Shown: in pieces, positions 53,601 through 64,000 of the stretch
How the letters are laid out: every line of letters begins with the position of its first letter
Position numbering within the stretch: the stretch's first letter is position 1
Source: Tubiluchus corallicola
Lineage: Eukaryota > Animalia > Priapulida
Reading direction: 5' to 3'
DNA: 64,000 nucleotides
NCBI GenBank assembly: GCA_030141605.1
Contig: JAQGDQ010000091.1
Coordinates: forward strand, 248,001-312,000
Program-made: the position numbers and the translations under genes
Notes under the pieces: generated by a model
What the model saw: only the letters and a program-made list of their open reading frames with translations
Told to the model about the DNA's origin: nothing
Databases searched by the model: none

Positions 53601-56600
53601 TGTGTATTACTGACTCCAAGATTGCACTGCTCTAGTTTACTAGTGTAGTGTTACTGATGTAATTCTGCTCTGTTGATATAAGTGTCGGTATAATACAGGT
53701 CATGGAAGATAAGTTAGTTCGCCCTTGCAAATTGTTTTAAAACATGTAAACTGTCGGAAAAACCTTTAAGGCTTAAAAGTCATTATCGGACCCATTTCAA
53801 GAGTGGGGCCAAGTTGTCACTTCTATCACGCGTTGTCGTTGTCGTTGTGGATGCAGTAACGTTCAACAGTAATAGATGAAAAAGCTATCTATGGCAGAGT
53901 CTTGTTTTAATTGTGCCAAAGCCGTTCATCTCCTGCTTGGTTTCACTTTAATTATGGTTTTTAAAGAATTCCCTTAGCAGCCGGACGTAGCTGCTCTTAT
54001 ATTGGTTACACTCATCCACTAAAGTTTGCCGCACCAAGTGACATAAGATACTAGTCAGTTATGCTCTCTTGTTGCTACAGAATCCTGCATCAAAAGAGTC
54101 CGAGGCAATCGTGATAATATCGGAAGGACGTATATTGGCTATCAACTTTTAAGTTTCCGCATCGCAGTTAGGGTGAGTTGTTGCAGTAGTGATTTGAAAT
54201 GTGATGCCAATTTACACATAAGTTGATTATCCATATTGAACGTTTCTCAGCAGTAACATTAATTCTGTATTGTTGTCAGCATCCGTTTTCTTGAAATGAT
54301 TTAGCTTTACCTAGTCAGCATTTTGTAATTGTATGTAGCTTGGTATTTCTTATTATTTACCACTTAGATCACTTGTCTAAGATTATATTAGAATTGTAAA
54401 ACGTGTGCAATAATGCAAAAACAACAAATCATTTTTATATAACTTCATTAGCCTGCGATAGATCAGTCGGTTAACAGATTTCGAGCATTTTGGCATTGCA
54501 TATGTGAATTTGTTGCGGGTCAAGGTAATGTGTGTGTGTTTCGACCCGTTGTCTCTTAGTCTCATAAAAAAGCCTCAGAAAAATTAGAATAAAATGCGGG
54601 CAATGAGTTGCTAAAGACATAATTATTTTTTTTCGAATTTCATTAGCTGTAGGTATATATTTCGCTGGCTGGGTTAGTTGTGGGTCAGGGATAAATGTGT
54701 CTTTGTTTTCTTTTTTGTGTTTTTTGGATATTTCTTTGTATTTTGTATATATGGATCCTTTTTGAGTAAACTTGGTAAAATATATTCAGATATGCTTTTA
54801 AGTTAATGAACGAGCCAAATCACAAGGTCTATGCACTTGATAGAATTTCATTTGTAATCATTTTGTATTTATTTTGTCATAGATATTTTTTTGACCCAGC
54901 CATGGATATTTTCTTGATCCGGCCATGCAATTTTCATAAGTTTACACAACCTCATTTTGCAATTTTTGCAAGTGCCTTTTTTGGATCTGTTGGAAAATGA
55001 GAAGACTTCTTCACAGGGGTTGAATAAATGTTTATACAATTATATTTACCTAATCATTCACCTGCTTCCTCTTCAAGAGCTGCACGCTTTGTAATCTTTT
55101 TACTAATCCACCTTTAATCCGTTGATCTTACTTGCAATCTTTTAAATAGTGTTTGGTGTATGGTGTCAAGTCCTGCACCAGCAGCTGTCTCATGACCCTC
55201 TTCAGTGATCGTGAGCTTGAATTATATTTGTTGCCTCACCTTGTGCAGGTTTTTTGATTGCAGGGAAAACCATAACTTTTTTTTAACGCAATAACCCCAC
55301 GATAATTTCTGTTTATGAAGGCAACCTTCTGTCATATAAACATCACTTTAGTTTATTTACTTTTCATTTCACTTCTGAAATGGTTCTCACGCGAGTCTTA
55401 TGAAGCCTGTTTATACGCATTAAAGTAGCTAAAATGGATGTCGTGTTATTGCTGCTTGCCGTTACCGTGTGGATTTTATAATTTATTGTGAAAATATTTT
55501 CGGCGAAGTTTCTTAATTTCGCTATCAGTGCTACCCGCGGAGGTAATATTTTCCCCCATATTTGCTTTGGGATGTCATCAACTCTGCGGTTACTGCCGAA
55601 TAAAATTTGTCAATAAAATTCTAAATTAGTGGCATAATTGGTTTTTCTTGCACAATAGGTGTTCTGGGCTGTAAATTTCAGTCCCTTGTTTCGGGCCATT
55701 ATCATTTGATTCGCCGCGATCTGCCTTTCATCTCGATTATTGAAATGATGGACTTTATTATCCATGATTAGAAAAGCTAATTATCTATAAATTTTATGAT
55801 GTTGTAAACATGATAATTTTGGTTTCATAAGGTCGTAAAGTTGCTATATTTTAGTTAATCAAATCTTTTAATAATGAAGAATTTAAAATAATGAAAAATT
55901 CACTGTAAATTACGTAATATAAGATTAAAATTTTTGCTGTTTCGTAACTTGTAGCTTTTATAAAAATAAAAATGCTTGCTCTTGAATTTTTAAAACATAT
56001 TTTCGTTGTCTTTGCTGAGAAAGTTCTGACTTTCTCTGGGAAGTACCATATGTTTCCGCCCACTGCTGGAGGCTCAAGAACTCATCGGGTAAAAATGCAT
56101 CATCTGCATGCATAGTAATATAGGCTTCGCTGGTGAAAAAGTGGCTACAGCCATAAGTTTGAGCTCTGCTGTTTGTGAGCAGACGATCATGCTTAACGCA
56201 TGTTTTAATGGGGGTGTGTTGTTACTACTTGGGTTTGGTAAGTTATGTAAATTATATATAAAAGGATGGCACTTAAGTGTGTTTTGAATTTACTTATTTC
56301 GTACGGCATACAAAACCATTTCTTGTTTTATCTATTTCATTATAGAACTTAATTTATTTTTATTTTATTATTTGTTCTCCGTTTGTTCTATCATTTTGCT
56401 TAATAACGCGTTAAAGCTGGTTTATATTAAATATCATTTGTACATTTTGTCATGTACATAATGAAAGTGCAGCATTGTGCATAATAATTATTATAACGGT
56501 GTTTCCGGTTGATTCATCACTTCATTCTCTCTTGACTGGACAAATATTTTGCTTGATTATTTTATGACTGGTCTTTCTTAATAAATCCTTTTAGCTGACG

Positions 56601-58814
56601 CAATATCATTAAGTAGAATCTCTTGCACCAAGGTCCATATATGTGTGCTGAAAGTAGGCTAAAACTATTATGTAGAAATCAGATCAGATCGCCTTCCTGT
56701 TAGATCTGTATGTGATAATGCGTATTTTATGCTGTGGCTGATTAGTGTTTTAATATTCAAATAAGGCCAGCAGTGTAATTATTATGTTAATATGGTGAGT
56801 ACCAGCTGAGATCTTTGAGGACGCGCACTTGCAGATTCTGCGTACGTGTATTATTCAGGATCATTAAAAAATTACTTTTGCTATGCGATCTTTGAGCTTT
56901 AGAATCTTCATTCCTTTTTCTTTTGGCGACAACGTTTTTATAAAACTTGCTACTTATTATGAACACTTTTGGATTTTGGCTAGTGCTGATTCTATTAATT
57001 GGTAGATTCTATTAAGTGCAGAGTTGGCTTGGTAGAGTCCTCGGACGTCCCTTGGGCCTTGACCATCTTTCATAGATGTTTAATAAAGCAAGAATGGATT
57101 CTTTAATGAAATTTGTGGGAAGGCGATTTTATAAAATTCGCAAGTTACATATGTATATCACTTTAATTGTTCGTATCTTACATGTTTGCCTTGTGACTTT
57201 TGCGCCTTTCTTCAGAACCGTTTAGTTTTCCTGAATGAAGCTAACTTTATTTTGCAATGTGTTGAAACACATTTTTCTCCTATGTGTCATACCTTTAAAT
57301 GCCCTTAAACAGATGTTCCCATGGGACCTTTCGGCCATTTGTTTAATTTTGGACGATCTCGTCTGTGTCTAAATCCAAAATTAGAAACTGACGAAAAACG
57401 GACACTCAGAGTTAAAGAAAATAGCAGCTTGCGCAAATAAATATTCCCGCGATTACAGTGTGCCTGATTGTTGTTTCAAGTTAGTGAAGGGTGAAATGAT
57501 TTACAGTATCAGAAAATGCGCCGACAGCTGTGTGTTGCTATTTCATTGAAATAGCTGTTATAGTGGCTTCAGTTTCTGGATGTAGGTCCGTGCATTGTGT
57601 TGTGAATTCTCATTTTTCGGTTTGGTCTGCTCACTCTGGCAGCCTCTTTTGTACTATTATGCGCCCTAGCTTTTTGGTCTTTAATTTTTGTACAGTATAA
57701 CAGTAATCTCTAAGCACCGAATAGGCCAAGTGGTTCTATAGATGGAACTTGTTTCCTGGGGAAACATTGAAGGCAGTCACTCTTAAGTAATTTTAATGTA
57801 ATTTTGCTATTTAGGATACTTACAAATTTTGGTGCAAGATCTTAAACATGTCGTTGCTGTTTGAACACATTTTTGATATTTCTAGAAAAAGCATTAACTT
57901 TTTGAGGAATTTGGGCAATTCATGAAGCTCTGAAAAGAATAACATTTAACGGCAAATCCTGCTTGTAAGCGATTTCTATGTTTGTGACACATTATATCCA
58001 GCGGGACTTGATGCCCATTTTGTGCACCGCTGCCCGTGACCAAGCATTAACTTATCAAATTAGGAAATTTTCTGGTATTTGTGTGATGCATCATCTCATG
58101 GGAGACGTTTTGTGGTGTTTATTAGGAGCGCTGTTATTTTTTGTTTCCCATGAGGCTGATTAGCTAATGGAGTGATGCTACGGCTCGTCAAGACAGGGTC
58201 TTCATTCTTGTTGTCATCGCTGGTTTAATAGTTATTGATATTACGGATTTTTTTATCCATGGGTATTTTTACTGGCCTACATTGTTGTGGCACTTTTATT
58301 TAATACTCTTCCAGTGACATTTAAGACAGGTTCGCAACCCAAGAATGTATTACTTACATTAACATTAATCATTGCTGTTATCAAAGTGATACACTTCATT
58401 TCAGTAATGCAAGTGTCGCCTGTCAGAATATCATATTTGTCATTTCACAGAGATTCTTTTTTACAAAAGAACAAGACAGTGTAGGAAGGTTTGCCTTTGT
58501 AATGTGCTTGTGGCAAAAACAGCTCGATAAATCCAATTCTGTCCAAGGAACTTTTTCCTTCATTGTCCCAAGTTATAGTAAACTTATTTTTACGTTTAAA
58601 CAGCAATTAGAATCAATAGTAATCAAAGTGCAATCTCGGTAACCCCAAACTGGATATCTACAACTTTGTTCATATTGCCTGGGTTTCTGCATGCAAACTC
58701 ACAATACTCTGTGTCCATGTAATACCAGTTAAGTCTATAATTACCAAACTGGTCAGTTAACAATGGGTAAACAGAAATGTGGTACAGTAATCAATTGACG
58801 TCCAGAAATGAGTC

Positions 58815-59030
58815 TAACATTCGGAGAAAAGATGGTCAAATGGTACTCGAGAAAGAAATTGGACACCAAAACATCACCTAAGAAGAACAAGATGAAGAAC
58901 ACGAAAGTGAAAACACGGAACTTCAGTCAAAATAGACAGTCAGTTGAAAAAGGAGTATAGCGCACGGCACGAGGATGACTAGAAATACTAGAAATAGACC
59001 ATCTATATCTTTTAAGATGGATAACTGACC
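58815..59030 (+). mobile_element. Possible RTE-clade LINE 3' remnant
   Basis: Purine-rich decayed frame KRWSNG...NWTPKHHLRRTR*RTRK* resembles the RTE C-terminal W-x-P...R-x-RGRP...W pattern. Many stops. Confidence 0.35.
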
Positions 59031-59858
59031 GTGCATTCTGTGATATTTTATAGCGATTGCCGGACAGTAACAATATGCCTGCCTTGGCATTTGGCACATT
59101 GCAGAAATCGTATTCTGCTTATGGTAGTAATGTTACTTGCGACAGCCTTTTCTCTCTCTTATTCATCAGCCTAACACTATTAGATTTGTTTGCCTTTCCA
59201 TTTATTTCTTGTGCATATTTGCATAAATAGTCAATGTTTTCGCACGGATAACGTGGGGTGAACTTTGGAGAAATGAGGTTCTGTTGCAGGGTCACTCGAA
59301 TTCCGTGTTAAAGTTTCCCATCTGAAATGAGAATTACAAAATATTGCTGTTACTGGCTTCCATTGTGTGATACCATCAATGACACCTTATCATAATACAG
59401 GATTGCTAAGACATGGTTGAATCTGTTTCTCCATTTAACTATCATATGATTTTCAATGCAGGTCGCCTTTAGTTATTTAATGCCCTGATAATAAGTTATA
59501 ATGTTAATAATGTGCGCTAAATAAAAGTAGATTTATTTTAGATGTAGACGTTAGGCTAGAAAACATTGTATTTCAATGACATTGAACTTGTGTCCTGAAT
59601 AAGTATTACTTCTTTGCATCGCATTCCTTTTAACTATCGATGTGTACTAATGGTAGGCATTGCATTTGTGAAATCAAAGGATTACACAAATGCCTGCCAT
59701 ACCCACCAACATAGACCCTGCCGTTGAGTTCTGGACACAGTTTACAGTGTGAAATACAAATAGCTTCTTAAATGTATATTGGGGGTAATAAGGAAGTTCG
59801 TTTTCTCAGTGAGGTGAACTTCTCTGCTGTTTATAGTTCAATCAAATTAGCCCCCATT

Positions 59859-60514
59859 AAAAAAACCGTATGACTCGACCAAAACTATGGAGAAAACTAT
59901 AAAGCTGGAGAAATAAAGCTATGAGCTTTTAAATTCAAAAGACTATCATCGCGACTTTAAAGTCTTGAAAACTAATTCAACTGGGTGGCGTTTAAGGTAT
60001 CATAAATGTGTTAGCCTATAAGTTCATATAAACTATTTAGGTCTAGGTCATTCAAGACCGAGGTCAATGTCTTTTAATATCGTTGACATTGGTTAATCGT
60101 GAAACACTATTTTTGGTAGATCATATGCACTTTTATATACCAGCAGTGCAGCCTAAAATGTTTACTAATTATTTTTTTTTATTTATTTTGATTTTTAAGC
60201 TGCATCGGTGGCCATTTTGAATAATCTTGAAACTATTTTTTCTGATAGACCATATGCACTTTTATATATATATATATAATTGTTAATATATATATATATA
60301 TATATATATATAGGCATATACAGTCTTAAATGCCACCTAAATGAGTTTTCAAAATAAAAAAACCAGCTTTGGCTGCCATTTTGAATTTAAAGCCCCATAA
60401 CTTTTTTCCCTGTGTGATTTCGAGCGATTTTGAATCTTGTTCTGGACGACTTTCTTTGTGTCTGTGCAAAAATTCAGTTTAAAATATTTTTATCCGGGTC
60501 ATACCTTATTTTAA
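59859..60514. mobile_element. Probable non-autonomous DNA transposon
   Basis: Imperfect TIRs aaaa..gtatgactcg..aaaa / tttt..cgggtcatac..tttt. Internal direct repeats taga(t/c)catatgcacttttatata and gccattttgaat, plus a (TA)n tract at about 60263-60312. Confidence 0.5.
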
Positions 60515-63500
60515 CCGAACTGTTATGTTTGTTTGTAATGCTCTTTTCTGACTTTAATAGTCTGGTGTTTTTTTTCATTTGCTTCAACTCTGATTGAAGT
60601 TATGGTGTGTCATGAGGGAAAGTGTAGATCACTATTACAGTTTTTCTATATTTCCGCAAAGATAAATAAAAATGTTTTCTTTAAAATACACACATGTAAT
60701 GACATGTTAAAATTCAATATAATGACAATATTGTTTCAACATCATTCCACTGTTATCCCTAGAATGAAATTAATATCGTCAATAACAAAATTTATAGAAA
60801 TGTCGGGGCTGCTCTGGGAAATTAGATTTACTGCAATGTTCGCAAAAAATGTTTTAGCATTAAAAGTGCGATAAGCAACTCATCATAATAGTAAAACACT
60901 TTAAAGTTGCCTAGGCACTCCATTTTTGAATCCTCCTTGTTTCTATCAATGAAGTCATTCGAGTAAAGAGAAAGTAAAAAGAAGGGCACTGCCAATTTCT
61001 GTCAAAGGTATAATAAGTTCTTGTAAAGATATAGATAGCTAATTTTGTGAAATTTTTGTATGAACATTGGGAAAGTTGCAGAAATATGAATTACATAAAG
61101 TTCAAAGCGGTGCGCGTTCACGAACAGCCACGAAGTCCCAGTTTCGTCATAATTTTCAAGTGAATGGCGGCTACAACCGCGTCTGAAAATTTCTATACAG
61201 CGGTAGTATAAGCTTTTTTTATGCTTTATGCTCTTTCAAATTTCTTTGTTACATTTTTCTAATTTTAGGTGATAGCAGTAAAGTAAACCCAATGTGCTTA
61301 ATGACGTTTCTTTCTTTTCCTTTAATGTTTTTACGTTATAAAATTGAATTTCCAGTACAAATTTCCGTAGTCGTGTATCACCTATAGATATTATAAAAGA
61401 TAATGCTGGATCTTTCTTGTACAAGACTGACTGCATACTTCCGCCACTGCGGATTACATACTACTGCCAATAGGAAGACTGTGCGATTAGCCTCCCATCT
61501 TTTCCCCTCTTTTGCGACGATGTTTTTGCGAGATGATGACCAAATGTGCTGGTGAGATACTTGTTTTTGTTCTGTATAGGAATTCTAGTTCATTAACGCT
61601 TACTTTATGACCACAGCGCTGTGGCGTGGAGCCCATATATCGTTTAATGCACTTAGCAGAAATATGGTATGTTAATGACATGGAGCAATCTAATACAGGC
61701 ATAATTGTTTTGTACATAAGCGCGTTTACTCATGCAGTGACATCATCGTCATGCGAAAGTATGTGATTGATTTCCTTCAGTAATTATCCCTGCGTAATTC
61801 AAATACAAAGCTAGATTGTCCCTTGGCTGGTTCGTGTACTGCGATGGTTGATTTTATCACGTCTTTTCCAATTATGGATTAGTCTTTATTATTTGCTCTA
61901 GCTGATGGGTGATTTGATGATTCGTACGTGTACAGTGCTCGATATACCTGGTTCTGTGTTCAGTAACTTGGAACAAATTCGATCTAAAATTATTACTAAA
62001 AATCTCCTAATAAAGAAATAACAAGTACACGATATTACAATTAAGATCAATTGTGTAATGTTATTTCCTGTGCAATTTAATCCTGTCGATCGGTGATAGT
62101 TTAAATTATTAGCAAATTAAAAAATTGTCTTTAGATTTTTTCCGTTTTTCCGTTTTCTTTTTTCCTTTCCGCCTGAAGTTCAAGATAGCAAATTATGGCG
62201 TGCTGAAATCATTGGAATATCTCGTTTTTCATTTTTTAATTGCAGAATTTTTATGAGTAGTACATTGAACTGAAAAAAAACATGTAAATATCTAATGGAG
62301 CGATGAAGCGTGATTATGACATTATTAAAAAAACATTAAGCATTCCTACGGAGCTCCATGATCAACCTAGAATAATAAACTAAACTCATCGTAGATTCCC
62401 TTTGTGCTTGCTATTATAGTAGTATACATCCAAATATTGGATTTCAAGTTAGCTTACTAAGTCACTAGTAGCAGAAAACAGTAGCACAGAGTCTATATAG
62501 CGAAAAAATACGAGTTGCCATAAATTGCCTTGGTTTTTTATGTAGAAATTGTTTGGTGAAACATTTTTGTATATTTCGAAATAAGGCTGCCTATTATTTG
62601 AGATTGTATTGTACCTCCCTTTATTGGCTTTATTTTGTCAGGATGTGAAATATAATACTAAAAACGGGCAGGCCGGATTTTGTAATATCCTACAGCTATG
62701 CCTTCCTTCCTCGCAAATATACCTAGATGGATCGGCCGTCAGAAGCTTGTAATTGCAGAGTAAAATTGTTCCATTAATTATGCATTGTTTATTTAAGCTA
62801 GCCATATACACGTACTCACAATCGACCGGTTATAGTAAACTGACCATTGGCCAAATAAAGACCGATTGGCTAAACACGAGATGTTATAGGAATGGGCTTC
62901 ACTGGGATTTGGCTTCTGTGGAAGTTTCTGCCTGCCTAGCTATATGACGATGTCGCTTGATGAACTACTGTTCCTGCGGCTTGGGGCACTCATTGGTTCC
63001 TTATTTGATATAATATTTCTTTTTGGTCAGTTGCGATAAAAATATGACTTAACATTAAATTTGCATACTGCCTTATTACCTGCCTTGGGCATTGCGTTCC
63101 ATTTTCTGTGTATATTGAGTATAATGTATCGCCAAATATGTGGTCACTTGTCTATGAAATGCATGTCTGTTATGATGATTTCCACGATATGAATTGATAA
63201 TTCTGGCTGTTGTTTGGTAACTATTTCTTTTAGGTTTTACTAGCGTTAATTAGTTATTGCAAGAATTTAGTCTTTCGCTTACTAAATTGTAAAAGGTATA
63301 GCGAGCTTCTTAAGCGCTTTTCATACATGTCATATAATGTAATGTTTATTGAGACCGCAAGCTAATACAGAGGCTAATGCATTTTTTTTAATTAGTGACT
63401 GATGTACTATTCTTCGATTATATGTAATCTAATTTGAGTTATTTTTCGGGCTTTGGTAAAGCTAGCAATTACCTTTCTGAATCCTAATAAAGACTGCGGC

Positions 63501-64000
63501 AGTTATATTCGGTTTGAACTCAATCAACGTTTATGTCAACATTCAGGTAGTAACGGTTTGCCATAATTTCTCGAATTATAATTTCGAGTTTTAATGGGCT
63601 TATTCTCGTGTTGAATAACTGGAGTTATTGTGAAAACGAGTAAGTATTCTCCTGTCTGATGCACGTGCGTTCTCTGCAAAATTTTGAACATTTCAAGGCG
63701 AGTTATTACAGCACGATTACGTTGGGCTTCACTACGCTCTCAGGATTCAATGTCATCAATCAATCAGGCAAGCGGGCAGTAATAGGAAGCTAACAGCCGA
63801 TTGAGACGTGCCACAGACCCTAACTCAATTTGTTAACACCAGCTTAAGAGATTTGCCCATTCCATTACGAAAGCCGTTGCCGTAATGGCCGTTTTGGTAG
63901 TGCGTTCGGGTATGGCAGTTTAATTTAATTAAGGAGCTCGAGAAGAGGTTGTTTCTCGTTAAGTTCTTTGTAGTCTCGTTTACTGCGTTGCAAATTGTAG

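Noticed and set aside
60049-60076. Cluster of AGGTCT/AGGTCA half-sites
   Set aside because: Inside the probable DNA transposon at 59859-60514, with no promoter features nearby.
48744-62947. Numerous 60-124 aa ORFs from the track
   Set aside because: F/L/I/C/K-rich composition typical of AT-rich non-coding DNA, many non-ATG starts, and no consistent splice sites.

Overview
AT-rich, intron-rich animal (invertebrate) genomic DNA, so most of the ORF track is noise. (1) 27-10781 (+): the last 12 coding exons of a metazoan chitin synthase. They splice in frame and carry the LDGD, CSPGCFSLFR, GEDR, QRRRW and WGTRE motifs. The final intron appears to be GC-AG, and the cytoplasmic tail has repeated YDD-hydrophobic motifs. 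(2) About 18079-24077 (+): an uncharacterised gene dominated by one 2.2-kb exon encoding a disordered-looking protein. (3) About 27-64 kb (+): a large, mostly intronic locus with one clear coiled-coil exon (47944-48075) and several candidate alternative first exons. One of these lies behind a perfect AGGTCA-N5-AGGTCA (DR5) element 11 bp upstream of a TATA box. Introns and intergenic DNA hold an L2 LINE 3' end, an internally deleted LINE with a 2A-like (GCVEINPGP) motif, tRNA- and 5S-like SINE heads, hAT-type MITEs with 8-bp TSDs, a foldback element and long (AAT)n microsatellites. I found no CRISPR array, no rRNA or intact tRNA gene, and nothing I can defend as a wholly new biological system. 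All exon calls are manual splice-site and frame reconstructions.
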